Source: Methanobacteriota archaeon (GTDB lineage: Archaea > Thermoplasmatota > E2 > DHVEG-1). Taken from it: a DNA stretch of 64,000 nucleotides. Every line of letters starts with the position of its first letter. Position 1 is the stretch's first letter. The stretch spans positions 320,001 through 384,000 of the forward strand of contig CAVYNH010000006.1 in NCBI GenBank assembly GCA_963769885.1. Direction: 5' to 3'. The notes under the pieces are model-generated. The model was not told where the DNA came from. It was given only the letters and a program-made list of their open reading frames with translations, and made no database searches. Below, one piece after another: positions 1 to 9,376 of this stretch. Position numbers and translations under genes: made by a program.

Positions 1-34
1 CAACCATTCTTTCCCTAAAGAAAGGAGGAAAAAT

Positions 35-1018
35 ATGAAGAGACTGTTACTCATTGGAATCATAGCTAGTGTACTCCTCAGCCCACTCGCCTACGCCGCG
101 CCCCTATCCCCGCAATACTCACCAAGCATCGTTACCCATGCCCGGACGCCGGTCGCCGCCGACGGCAACGTCTCCATCTACGAAGACGCCCTCGACCAAT
201 CACAGACCGCGAACACCACCGGCTTCATCCCAGTCGGCAACTCCAGCTTCATGGGCTGGCTGAACATCTCCGTCGCCCAGTCGTTCATCCCCACCAAAGG
301 GATCCTGACCCGGGTACAATTCTACATGGCTAAGAACGCCACCGCCACTCAGCCCTGCTGCCTCGCCGTCCGCGACAACCTCACCGGCGCGGACCTCGCC
401 TACGCAACCCTCTCACCGCCTGCGTTCTCGACATATCCGAACTTCAGCTGGGTCGAATTCGACTTCTTCGACATCCCCGTCACCGTCAACACCACCTACT
501 ATATCGTCATCTACACTCAAGGCCTCGCGGACAACTACTACTTCGCCTCAGGCGGCGGCCACGACCCCTACCCCAACGGAGCCGCGTACTTCCGCTACAC
601 CGGTGTGAACTGGAGCGTCATCCCGCCAGGAGACGGCGACGCCGCCTTCAAGACGTACGGCCGCGACGCCCCCAGCTGGGCTACCGGGATGTACTCAGGC
701 TACTGGGGCCTCGCTCCCCTCGGCGTCCCCCTCCCGCCCGCCGGCTGGCTCACCGGGTTCTCCCGACAAAAGATCCTCTTCGGCTTCGACGGCATCTGGG
801 CCCCCTTCAACACCACCGTCCACAACGCGACCATGGCGCTCACCGGCGTCATCCTCGGCCCCTTCCTCCTCGGCGGCATCCACAACCTGACCACCGACAA
901 GGGAGCCTGGTGCATCGGCCTCGGCGGCATCAACGCCACCACCAGCGTCTTCTACTACCGCATCATGTTCTTCATCGGACCCAGCTTCTACCTCGCCGGC
1001 ATCTACTACGAACTCTAA
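35..1018 (+). CDS. Secreted hypothetical protein (beta-sandwich domain plus C-terminal Gly/aromatic module)
   Basis: GGAGG SD upstream; signal peptide MKRLLLIGII...AYA; C-rich codon usage. Confidence 0.8.
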   Translation: MKRLLLIGIIASVLLSPLAYAAPLSPQYSPSIVTHARTPVAADGNVSIYEDALDQSQTANTTGFIPVGNSSFMGWLNISVAQSFIPTKGILTRVQFYMAKNATATQPCCLAVRDNLTGADLAYATLSPPAFSTYPNFSWVEFDFFDIPVTVNTTYYIVIYTQGLADNYYFASGGGHDPYPNGAAYFRYTGVNWSVIPPGDGDAAFKTYGRDAPSWATGMYSGYWGLAPLGVPLPPAGWLTGFSRQKILFGFDGIWAPFNTTVHNATMALTGVILGPFLLGGIHNLTTDKGAWCIGLGGINATTSVFYYRIMFFIGPSFYLAGIYYEL

Positions 1019-1028
1019 CATCGTCTGT

Positions 1029-1066
1029 AAGGGAGCACCGCCCTCCCTTCCCCCCTCTTTTTTCTC
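1029..1066 (+). terminator. Hairpin plus pyrimidine/T tract terminator
   Basis: AAGGGAG...CTCCCTT stem followed by CTCTTTTTTCTC just after the stop codon. Confidence 0.55.
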
Positions 1067-1088
1067 TCACCCACGACGGAGCCCCGCG

Positions 1089-1117
1089 TTCGAACCTTTT
1101 CAAAAAAACTATTTAAT
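1089..1117 (+). promoter_or_regulatory. Repeated promoter motif, copy 1
   Basis: TTCGAACCTTTTCAAAAAAACTATTTAAT; near-identical copies at 1341 and 1494. Confidence 0.6.
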
Positions 1118-1137
1118 CCAAGAGCCAGAATAAAAAT

Positions 1138-1229
1138 AGGCATGGGAGGCAAGACAGGCCGACTCCGTTCTCCTCTTCTTCATGTCCTGGGAAACCCTTC
1201 ACATGCCCTGCCCTGCCTCCCATCTGCCT
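1138..1229 (+). ncRNA. Candidate hairpin sRNA, unit 1
   Basis: Starts about 21 nt after the TATA box; AGGCATGGGAGGCA pairs with TGCCTCCCATCTGCCT, or alternatively with CCTTCACATGCC; pyrimidine-rich loop. Confidence 0.4.
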
Positions 1230-1340
1230 CCATCACAATCCCACAACCCACTACCTCACGAGGTAACCAGCCAACGAGCGGAGGAGTCACCACCACCCCA
1301 CACGCCTGCCCCCCCGGCTCCTCCCCGCTCCCCCCACGCA

Positions 1341-1370
1341 TTCGAATCTTTTCAAAAAAAATATTTAAAT
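1341..1370 (+). promoter_or_regulatory. Repeated promoter motif, copy 2
   Basis: TTCGAATCTTTTCAAAAAAAATATTTAAAT. Confidence 0.6.
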
Positions 1371-1391
1371 CTACAACGCCTGATACAATTC

Positions 1392-1485
1392 AGGTATGGG
1401 AGGTAACCATGCGGGGCACACGCCTTGTATTCCCCTTCACCGCCTTGTGTCTTCATCATCCCCACACGGTACCCCATACCTTTTT
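1392..1485 (+). ncRNA. Candidate hairpin sRNA, unit 2
   Basis: AGGTATGGG...CCCATACCT closing stem, extended imperfect pairing, then TTTTT; starts about 22 nt after the TATA box. Confidence 0.45.
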
Positions 1486-1493
1486 CCGCCCTG

Positions 1494-1521
1494 TTCGAAG
1501 CTTTTCAAACAAACTATTAAA
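1494..1521 (+). promoter_or_regulatory. Repeated promoter motif, copy 3 (likely drives a leaderless mRNA for the 1547 gene)
   Basis: TTCGAAGCTTTTCAAACAAACTATTAAA about 25 nt before ATG 1547. Confidence 0.6.
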
Positions 1522-1546
1522 CACATCCAAAAATAAACCACGACCC

Positions 1547-4303
1547 ATGAAAACAATCCCCACACTCTTCATCCTCGCCCTCCTCCTCACAAGCCTTCTG
1601 CCCACCGCCACCGCCCGTAGCATCAGCCCGCCCCTCATCCTCGTCCAACGACAATCCGCCGCCGCCATCCGTACCACTGACACCATCCTCCTCTCCGCCC
1701 AAGCCAGCGACGACACCGCCCTTGATAAGGCCTACCTCTCCACCAACGAAACCGGCCACTGGCAGACCTATAGCTCCTGGTGGGACCCCCACTGGACCCA
1801 CGCCCTCAGACTCACCGTCGACCACACCACCATCCCCGCCAGCCTCACCGGCTTCCCCCTCCTCGTCATCCTCACCACCACCGACTTCGCTACGACCGCC
1901 CAGCCCGACGGCGACGACTTCCTCTTCACTGACGCCGCCAACACCACCCAATACCTCCACGAGATCGAGTCCTACGATCCCGCCACCGGAAGCCTCATCG
2001 CCTGGGTCCGCATCCCAACGCTCAGCGCCACCAAGGACACCACCCTCTTCCTCTACTACGGCAACCCAGACTGCCCAAGCCAACAAAGGCCTCGCGGCGT
2101 CTGGGCTGACTATCTCTCCGTGCTACATTTCACCGGCACCGCGGCCACCAGCCTCCACGACAGCGCATCCAACGAAACCCTGCTTTCCTACGGCGCACCC
2201 ATCTATGGTTGTCCCGGCAGGGTCGGTACGAGCATTGGTCTCAACACCAACGCCTCGGGCTCCTACCTCACGGCCCGCATCCATCTCCCGGCCAACTCCT
2301 CCTATACCCAAACAGTCTGGGTTTCTTTCGACGACACAGAATCCATAAGCGGCACCATCATCAACGGGAATGGCACCCAGGGGTTTCGCCTTCAGGTCAC
2401 GGAGACCGATCATGTCCGGAGCACGGCGATGACCGCGGCGGGAGTAAACAGCGTTCAGAGCACGACAGTCTTCGATCGATCCTCCCCAGTTTGGCGCGCT
2501 CTCTGTGGCCGTGTCAGCCTCCGAACCGGATGCCACGAGCTGTTTGTGGACGGCATCCGTGAGGCGGCTGGCGAGCTCCCGAGCTCAGTCCTCCCTGGGG
2601 TTGACGGCATCGTGTTCGGGGCGAACAGTAGCCATGCGGCGTTCCTGCACGGCCGCTTGGATGAGTTCCGCCTCTGTGCGAGAGACCTCAACGATTCCTG
2701 GATTAGGACGGAGGCCGCCATGATGCGATCTCCCGAGGCCTTCCTCCAGTGCAGCATGGTCCCGTCTCAGTGCATGGCCACGATCCATGGGTCTCCCCTT
2801 TGGCTTCATCAGAATTCGGACCCGCAATGGGCGAACTTCACCTGGGCAAGTCCTGGCGTCGTTCAAGGAACCATGGTAGGCTGGCGTATCATCTTCCAGG
2901 ATACCGGAGGATTTCAGAGCACGACCCCTGTCCTGAGCTTCCAGATCCTCGGTTCCCCGCCGAGTACTCCTTCGGCGCCGTCCGGCCCGAGTCGTACCAC
3001 GGTCGGCGTCCCGGCGTGCTTCTTGGTTCAGGCGGTTGATCCAGACGGTGACCCGGTTTCCTATGAGATGGACTACGGAGACGGCAGCGCTCTTGATTGG
3101 TCCACTGCATCAGCATCCGGAGCCGGTCAATGGATGACGCACGCATGGCGGCAAAGTGGCGAGTACCTTGTCAAAGTCCGGGCGAGGGATCCCTCCGGCG
3201 CAGAGTCGCCATGGTCTCCTCCCTCCTCGATCACCGTGTCCGGCTCAGGCTTGAGCTCACTGGCTATCCATGCCCCGACCGCGGTCACGGAAGGGGCTGA
3301 ATTCACGGTCACAGTAACCTGCGGCCTAGTTCCTGTTCCGGATGCAACGGTCCGCTTCGCATCGATGGTGCAGACGACGAACGGTACAGGCATTGTCAGG
3401 CTTTACGCTCCTGCCGCGAGCCGTGCGCAGAGTTTTTATCTTACGGCAGACCACCCGGAGTATGATGGGGCGATGATCACAGTTATCGTCGTCCGAACGG
3501 ACTCGGAGACTGAGTCTGGATGGATCTATGGCAGGGTCACGGGAGAAACGGGGGCGGGTCTTCCGAATGCCCAAATCACTGTCCAGGTGGATGGGACGAT
3601 GAACCATTGTGTCTTCACTGGTGAAACGGGTCGCTACACCATTCCACTGCGGGCTGGAGAGTACAGTCTTGTTGCGGACAAGCCTGGGTATGACTCGTTT
3701 TTGTTTCCAGGCGTGGTGGTGCAGCCTGGCCAGACGGTCGAGGTCAATCTGAGTCTTTCCCCGCATGCCGGCTCATCCTCAATAGAAACTTCTGATGAGA
3801 GTCTGGCGAAGGCGATCATTGATGCGGGGATCGCGGCGGATCGGATCGCGGGTCGGCTGGATGCATCGGATGGCTCGTGGGTGTTCTCGTCGTATCAGGA
3901 GGGGCTGTCGGCGTCGGTTGTCCATGGGTCGGCGTGGAACGTGTCGTTTACCGTGTCCGCGGTGAATCTGTCTGGGAGGGTCGTCGCGGTTCGGCTTGGG
4001 GATGCGGGGTCGGTGGATGGCGTGGATGTCCTGGTGGATGGGGTGTGGGTGGAGCAGGTGGATGTCGGTGAGGTGCTGTCGTTGGATGGGGGGGTTGCTC
4101 GGTTTGGGTGTATGAACGGGGAGGGGTCGGTGGTGTATTGTCTGGTGTATGTGCCGCAGTTCAGTAGTCATGTGGTGGAGGTGCGTGGGGTGGTGCGGGC
4201 GGTGTCGTTGGTGGGGTTGGCGGCGGTGTACGTGGGGGTGGGGGTGGTTGGGTTGGTTGGTGTTCTTCTTCCTATCGTTGCGATTGAGCGGAAGCGTCGG
4301 TGA
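1547..4303 (+). CDS. Surface protein: DUF2341, LamG-like, PKD and carboxypeptidase-regulatory-like domains, C-terminal TM anchor
   Basis: Signal peptide at ATG 1547; DUF2341 motifs (QPDGDDFLF, WVRIP, LYYGNP); GRLDEFR; DYGDG PKD; C-terminal TM plus RKRR. Confidence 0.8.
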   Translation: MKTIPTLFILALLLTSLLPTATARSISPPLILVQRQSAAAIRTTDTILLSAQASDDTALDKAYLSTNETGHWQTYSSWWDPHWTHALRLTVDHTTIPASLTGFPLLVILTTTDFATTAQPDGDDFLFTDAANTTQYLHEIESYDPATGSLIAWVRIPTLSATKDTTLFLYYGNPDCPSQQRPRGVWADYLSVLHFTGTAATSLHDSASNETLLSYGAPIYGCPGRVGTSIGLNTNASGSYLTARIHLPANSSYTQTVWVSFDDTESISGTIINGNGTQGFRLQVTETDHVRSTAMTAAGVNSVQSTTVFDRSSPVWRALCGRVSLRTGCHELFVDGIREAAGELPSSVLPGVDGIVFGANSSHAAFLHGRLDEFRLCARDLNDSWIRTEAAMMRSPEAFLQCSMVPSQCMATIHGSPLWLHQNSDPQWANFTWASPGVVQGTMVGWRIIFQDTGGFQSTTPVLSFQILGSPPSTPSAPSGPSRTTVGVPACFLVQAVDPDGDPVSYEMDYGDGSALDWSTASASGAGQWMTHAWRQSGEYLVKVRARDPSGAESPWSPPSSITVSGSGLSSLAIHAPTAVTEGAEFTVTVTCGLVPVPDATVRFASMVQTTNGTGIVRLYAPAASRAQSFYLTADHPEYDGAMITVIVVRTDSETESGWIYGRVTGETGAGLPNAQITVQVDGTMNHCVFTGETGRYTIPLRAGEYSLVADKPGYDSFLFPGVVVQPGQTVEVNLSLSPHAGSSSIETSDESLAKAIIDAGIAADRIAGRLDASDGSWVFSSYQEGLSASVVHGSAWNVSFTVSAVNLSGRVVAVRLGDAGSVDGVDVLVDGVWVEQVDVGEVLSLDGGVARFGCMNGEGSVVYCLVYVPQFSSHVVEVRGVVRAVSLVGLAAVYVGVGVVGLVGVLLPIVAIERKRR

Positions 4304-4349
4304 AAATGGTTATAAAATCTGGTGTGTTTCGTGATGGGAGGGTGTTGAG

Positions 4350-4613
4350 TTGATTGAGGGTGCGGTCGTGTTTTCGGTGATGACGGTGTTGTCGGTGGTG
4401 TTGTTTGCGGTGTCGGTGTTGAGTTTTGTGCGGTATCGGTCGGTGCGGATGTTGTTGATTAGTTTTATGCTTGGGTTGTTTGTGGTGCAGAGTGTGTTGT
4501 TGAGTCTGGGGTTGTTTTTTCCGGTGGTTGCTGGGTTTACGGGGAGTGTGTGGATGTGGGTGTTTGAGGTCGGGATTCTGGGTGTGTTGTATGTGACTGC
4601 GGTGAAGCCGTAG
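4350..4613 (+). CDS. Small 3-TM membrane protein
   Basis: Hydrophobic 87 aa ORF after a GGAGG SD; coupled to the HTH gene. Confidence 0.7.
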   Translation: MIEGAVVFSVMTVLSVVLFAVSVLSFVRYRSVRMLLISFMLGLFVVQSVLLSLGLFFPVVAGFTGSVWMWVFEVGILGVLYVTAVKP

Positions 4614-4622
4614 CGGGTTGTT

Positions 4623-5141
4623 ATGGCTGAGTTGTTTGAGTTGGAGACGCGGAAGCGGATTTTTCGGGTGATTGAGGAGCATCCGGGGTTGAATTTGAGT
4701 ACGATTGCGTCGATGTTGGGGATGAATGTGCCGTTGGTGGATTATCATACGCGGTATTTTGAGAAGCATGGGTTGGTGCTGGTGGCGAAGGATGGTGGGT
4801 TTAAGCGGTTTTATGTGAAGGGGGCGGTGGGGGTGGTGCATCGGCGGTTGTTTGGGGTGTTGCGGCAGGAGGTGCCGTTGCGGATTGTGTTGTTTTTGTT
4901 GAAGAATCCGGGGGCGCGGTATCCGCAGATTTGTGCGTGTTTTTCGTTTTCGAAGTCGACGGTGTCGTATCATTTGCGGAAGTTGATTCGGTGTGGGGTG
5001 GTGTGTGTGTCGGTGGAGGGGGAGGGGTGGGTGTATTCGGTGTTGGATGAGAAGGTGGTGGTGGGTTTTTTGCTGCAGTATAAGCCGAGTGGGGTGTTGC
5101 AGCGGTTCAAGGAGACGTGGGAGGAGTTCGGGCTGCCGTAA
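4623..5141 (+). CDS. Tandem winged-helix (ArsR-like) transcriptional regulator
   Basis: Two repeats: RKRIF..HPGL..YH and LRIVLFLLKNPG..STVSYHLRKL. Confidence 0.85.
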   Translation: MAELFELETRKRIFRVIEEHPGLNLSTIASMLGMNVPLVDYHTRYFEKHGLVLVAKDGGFKRFYVKGAVGVVHRRLFGVLRQEVPLRIVLFLLKNPGARYPQICACFSFSKSTVSYHLRKLIRCGVVCVSVEGEGWVYSVLDEKVVVGFLLQYKPSGVLQRFKETWEEFGLP

Positions 5142-5202
5142 CTCTTTTATATCGCTGTGGGGAAATTATTATATATTAGGCTCGGCTTGGTTTCTGTAGG
5201 AG

Positions 5203-5787
5203 TTGGCGATTATGGTACGCGTGTCTGCTGTTGGTCGGCGTTTGGGTATTTTCGGTATCATCGTGTTACTGGTGAGTGGGGCGTGGGTGGGGGTTGGCGT
5301 GTCTGCCGTGGCTCCGTCCAGCTCAGTTGCTCCTGCTCTCCCGGTTGAGGTGCAGCGGTTGGTGCCGACGGCGGGGAACCGAACGATTTTGGATACTCGT
5401 GGTGCGTTGACGCCGCTGCGGCCACATGATTATACGAACATGACGTTTCTTGGTGGTGGTCCTGCGGTGCGGTGGCTAGGGCTGCTGTTCAATAGTTCGT
5501 TGATACAGTTGATCTGTCCGATGGCGTTGTACGTGCCGGTGAAGAACCTGAGTTTCCGGGTGTCGTATTCCCGTGTGCCGTTGTTGCCTCGGGAGCGAAT
5601 TCGGTACGGGTGTATGACGATTCTGTTGAATGCGTCTGGGCTGGGGTTCTGTCGCAACAAGATCCATTCTCTTGAGGTGCATGGGTTCACGGGCGTGTTT
5701 GAGTTCACGCGGGCGAAGATGTTGCGGTCGTTTGCGGCGCGGTTCGAGTTCATTGGGATTGCGGACAGCGTGTCGCTGCAGACCTAG
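5203..5787 (+). CDS. Secreted hypothetical protein
   Basis: Signal-like N-terminus; upstream TATA (TTTTATA). Confidence 0.65.
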   Translation: MAIMVRVSAVGRRLGIFGIIVLLVSGAWVGVGVSAVAPSSSVAPALPVEVQRLVPTAGNRTILDTRGALTPLRPHDYTNMTFLGGGPAVRWLGLLFNSSLIQLICPMALYVPVKNLSFRVSYSRVPLLPRERIRYGCMTILLNASGLGFCRNKIHSLEVHGFTGVFEFTRAKMLRSFAARFEFIGIADSVSLQT

Positions 5788-5917
5788 CGAAGGATTCCAT
5801 CTAGTTTCTGATTCTGTCGTGTTTTGATGAAAAAGATAAAGGTTTCATTTATTCTTATATAGGCCGTAGAAGATCTTAAAAGGGTCTTTTTAGATTACTT
5901 AGATGGAGGAAGGCGAA

Positions 5918-6712
5918 ATGAAGAAGTTAGGTTCTCTCGGGATTGTTCTTCTACTGTCTTTTAGTGCTTTGGCTCTTCCTTTGGTGAAGATACAAGCATC
6001 TCCTGTTTTGGATACTCCTAAAGAACCTCATGTGCATCTCGGTGGAACCCAAGGACTGAATGGGTGGTATATCAGTGCTGTTTCTGCTTTCATAGATTGT
6101 TCCGCTTTTTATAAGATTGATAATGGTAGTTGGATGGTTTACACTTTTCCTTTTATGATATCAGGCGATGGAAGACATACTTTAGTTGCTACAGATAATT
6201 TATACAATCCAAACTGGACAGAGGAGTATCACATCAACATTGATGAAACTCCCCCTGTAATATATTTGGCTGAATGTCCTATGTTCTCCAGTAAGACTTT
6301 TACTGCAAATTGTTCCGATGCTACGAGTGGTATGAATTATACAGAATTTTATTTGAATGGAAAATTACGTGAAACCGATGCCGACTATCCATATGAATGG
6401 ACGTACAATTATGATACTCCACCATTAACCTTAATTGGAATCATCAAAAAGGCTCAATTTTCAGGGTATATAACAATCCCTATTATCATCGGCATTACTA
6501 AAAACAATAGGGATTTGATACCTGAGGCCAAAGCTTATGATAATGCAGGGAACAATGCCAGTGTTACGGGTGGCTTTGGCTATTGTCCTCCTTACTGTCT
6601 GATGCTCTCAAAGGTATTAGTCCTTCCAAATAACTATACAGGGCATCTTGGGCGGTTCTTTGTTCATGCTACCTTCTATGAGAATAATACTTCGATGGAG
6701 AGAACCAAATGA
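5918..6712 (+). CDS. Secreted Ig-like (OmpL47-type) domain protein, low GC
   Basis: MKKLG signal; GLNGWYIS..YKIDNGSW..GRHTL motif also present in the 38007-41924 protein. Confidence 0.8.
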   Translation: MKKLGSLGIVLLLSFSALALPLVKIQASPVLDTPKEPHVHLGGTQGLNGWYISAVSAFIDCSAFYKIDNGSWMVYTFPFMISGDGRHTLVATDNLYNPNWTEEYHINIDETPPVIYLAECPMFSSKTFTANCSDATSGMNYTEFYLNGKLRETDADYPYEWTYNYDTPPLTLIGIIKKAQFSGYITIPIIIGITKNNRDLIPEAKAYDNAGNNASVTGGFGYCPPYCLMLSKVLVLPNNYTGHLGRFFVHATFYENNTSMERTK

Positions 6713-6837
6713 AGAAGTGGATAGTGGTTGGAGTAGTCCTGCTGTTTCTTGGATCAAGCATTCCTGTCTTAGCCTATTCAACTGAGAAGACCATCCTTCC
6801 TTCATCTACAGGTTTCAACAATTGCCTTACTGGCTGA
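6709..6837 (+). pseudogene. Signal-peptide-only remnant (42 aa)
   Basis: ATGA-coupled start; MKKWIVVGVVLLFLGSSIPVLAYSTEK..., then an early TGA. Confidence 0.5.
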
Positions 6838-7020
6838 CTTTCATTCTTGATTTCATCTTTAGTATCCTTTGTTACATCGGTGTTATACTAAACTGCTGGT
6901 GGGCAATCTAATAATTTTCGAGCCAAAAGAGGAATGGAAACTCACGCCACTGCTGGATGGTTTTCTAACCCTTATTGAGGTTTAGCGACTCATCCGTTTT
7001 TCTATTGAATAATGGTTATT

Positions 7021-7401
7021 TCAAGATATTTTTTTATAGGCAGCAGGGTCAAGGAGGCTGGAGAGTTCTGTGGGGTTTTTGACCTCGATCTGCGCAATCC
7101 AACCATCGGTGTAAGGGTTTTTATTGATGAGCTCGGGGTTGTCGTCGAGTTTGTTGTTGACCGCGGTGATCTTGCCGGTGACGGGGGCGTAGACCTCGGA
7201 GACGGATTTGACGGATTCGACAACGCAGAGCTCGTCGCCTTTCTTGACTTCCTTACCGACGGGTGGGAGTTCGACGAAGACGATGTCGGTAAGCTCTGAC
7301 TGGGCGTGGTCCGTGATGCCGACGGTAGCCTGTTTGCCGGTGACCTTGACCCATTCGTGTGACTTGGTGTACTTCAAATCGTCGCGGACTTCGTTGGACA
7401 T
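7021..7401 (-). CDS. gcvH: Glycine cleavage system H protein
   Basis: YTKSHEWV, GITDHAQ, VESVK lipoyl-Lys motif. Confidence 0.97.
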   Translation of the reverse strand: MSNEVRDDLKYTKSHEWVKVTGKQATVGITDHAQSELTDIVFVELPPVGKEVKKGDELCVVESVKSVSEVYAPVTGKITAVNNKLDDNPELINKNPYTDGWIAQIEVKNPTELSSLLDPAAYKKIS

Positions 7402-7500
7402 AAGGAGTCTCCGTCTGGGGGTAAACCCGGAGGACCTTTTTAATTGTTTCTTCCTCTGATTCTAAGAGAAAAAACAGGGAAAAAGGAAGTGAAAGATGAT

Positions 7501-8619
7501 TTACACGGCTTCCACGTGCGTCTGCGCCCATTCCTTCGGCACGAACGGCGGCTTGACGACTTTTGCTGCGACCGGCTTGTCCCGCACCATGATCGACAGC
7601 ATCGTCCCCGGCTCACGCAGATCCTGGCGGACGTAGCCCATGGCGATGCCGGTGTTCAGGCACGGTGACAATGTCCCGCTTGTGACGACGCCGACCTTCG
7701 TATTCCCGGAGCGAATCTCGCAGCCGTGCCGCGGGATGCCCTTCTCAGTGCACTCCAGGCACGTCATCCGGTCGAATTTTCCATTGGCCTTCTGCGCCAG
7801 CAGCGCCTCCTTGCCGATGAACGGGTGCTCCCAGAAGACTGTCCAGCCTAAGGTGGCCTCCAGTGGCGTATGCCCGCCGGCGAACTCGTTGCCCGCCAGC
7901 ATGAACGCCTTCTCCAACCGCAGCGTATCCCGCGCACCCAGACCGACCGGCAGAATCCCGTACTCCTTACCCGCATCTAGGATTGCGGTGAAGACCCGCT
8001 CCGCACTCGAATTGGGCGTGATTTGTAATTCGAAGCCAAGCTCCCCGGTGTACCCCGTATGCGACAGGATGCATTCGACGCCGGCGACCTTCGTCGTCGT
8101 GCAGCCGAAGAACTTCACCGACGCCAGGTTCACCTCCGTCACTTTCTGCAGCGCCTCCTGCGACCGCGGCCCCTGCACCGCCAAAATAACGTAATCCCGA
8201 GAGACGTCCTTCACATCAGCCTTCAGGTTATGCGCCTTGGCCTGTTTCTGCAGCCACTCCGTCACAATCGCATTCATCCCCGCATTCGGAACCATCATGT
8301 ACCGATCCCCAAGATGCATGAAGATCGTGTCATCAATGATCGTCCCATCCTCACGCAGGATTTCGGTATACTGGCTGCGCTGATCCGCAATCCGCGCCGC
8401 ATCCTCAACAGTACAAAGAGAGATCAGCTTCTCTGCATCCCTCCCCGTGATCCACACGTTGCTCATATGCGACACGTCGAACAACCCGACGCGGCGGCGC
8501 ACCGCCAGATGTTCATCAAGAATCGACGAATACTGAATCGGCATCTCAAAGCCCACGAACTCCGTAAACCGCGCGCCGAGACGCACCTGCACCAGATACA
8601 AAGGCGACCGAATAGCCAT
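7501..8619 (-). CDS. gcvT: Glycine cleavage system T protein (aminomethyltransferase)
   Basis: GLFDVSHM, TGYTGELGFE, GLGARDTLRLE. Confidence 0.97.
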   Translation of the reverse strand: MAIRSPLYLVQVRLGARFTEFVGFEMPIQYSSILDEHLAVRRRVGLFDVSHMSNVWITGRDAEKLISLCTVEDAARIADQRSQYTEILREDGTIIDDTIFMHLGDRYMMVPNAGMNAIVTEWLQKQAKAHNLKADVKDVSRDYVILAVQGPRSQEALQKVTEVNLASVKFFGCTTTKVAGVECILSHTGYTGELGFELQITPNSSAERVFTAILDAGKEYGILPVGLGARDTLRLEKAFMLAGNEFAGGHTPLEATLGWTVFWEHPFIGKEALLAQKANGKFDRMTCLECTEKGIPRHGCEIRSGNTKVGVVTSGTLSPCLNTGIAMGYVRQDLREPGTMLSIMVRDKPVAAKVVKPPFVPKEWAQTHVEAV

Positions 8620-8713
8620 AATCTGAGACGCTCCCAGGGACCCATGAATACCAAAACCCTAGTTAACCATTTCGACAAACCCTTAAAACGCCAAGACCTT
8701 CCCTACATCCACC

Positions 8714-9376
8714 ATGCAGCCGACCCCGTACCCCGGCATCTACCGCCGCGCCGACAAGCTCTTCACCATCAACCCACCAGCCTGCCGCGGCACCCTCGTC
8801 TACACCGAACACCTCGTCACCGACGACGACACCGAATACCGCTCCTGGAACCCCTACCGCAGCAAACTCGCCGCCGCCCTCCTCAACAAACTCCCTGTCA
8901 CCATCCCCACCGACACCCCCATCCTCTACCTCGGCGCCGCCACCGGCACCACCGTCAGCCACATCGCCGACATCGACACAGGAGGCCTCGTCTACGCCGT
9001 CGAATGCGCGCCCCTCGCCATGGCCAAACTCCTCACCGTCGCCGAAAAACGCCAAAACATCATCCCGATTCTCGCCGACGCCAACCACCCGGACCGCTAC
9101 GCCGCCATCGTCCCACCCGTCAGCCTCGTCTACCAAGACATCGCCCAGCGCAACCAAGCAGAGATCTTCCTAACTAACTTAGACCGCTACCTCATCCCCG
9201 CAGGTCTCGGGATTCTGATGGTAAAAGCCCGCAGCATCGACGTCGCCATCCCGCCAAAACAGGCGTACGCCCAGGTCGCCGACAGCCTGCAACAAGGAGG
9301 CTATCGGGTAGAAAAAACCATGGACCTCGCCCCCTATGACAAGGACCATGCGGTGCTCGTCGTCCATCGCGGCTAA
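8714..9376 (+). CDS. flpA: Fibrillarin-like rRNA/tRNA 2'-O-methyltransferase
   Basis: YRSWNPYRSKLAAA, LYLGAATGTTVSH, YQDIAQRNQ. Confidence 0.96.
   Translation: MQPTPYPGIYRRADKLFTINPPACRGTLVYTEHLVTDDDTEYRSWNPYRSKLAAALLNKLPVTIPTDTPILYLGAATGTTVSHIADIDTGGLVYAVECAPLAMAKLLTVAEKRQNIIPILADANHPDRYAAIVPPVSLVYQDIAQRNQAEIFLTNLDRYLIPAGLGILMVKARSIDVAIPPKQAYAQVADSLQQGGYRVEKTMDLAPYDKDHAVLVVHRG

Noticed and set aside
1085-1530. CRISPR array
   Set aside because: Only three degenerate repeats with uneven spacing (252 and 153 bp), each ending in a TATA box; no cas genes
1142-1546. 135-aa N-terminal extension of the 1053-aa ORF
   Set aside because: Runs through promoter motifs and hairpins; the signal peptide begins at 1547
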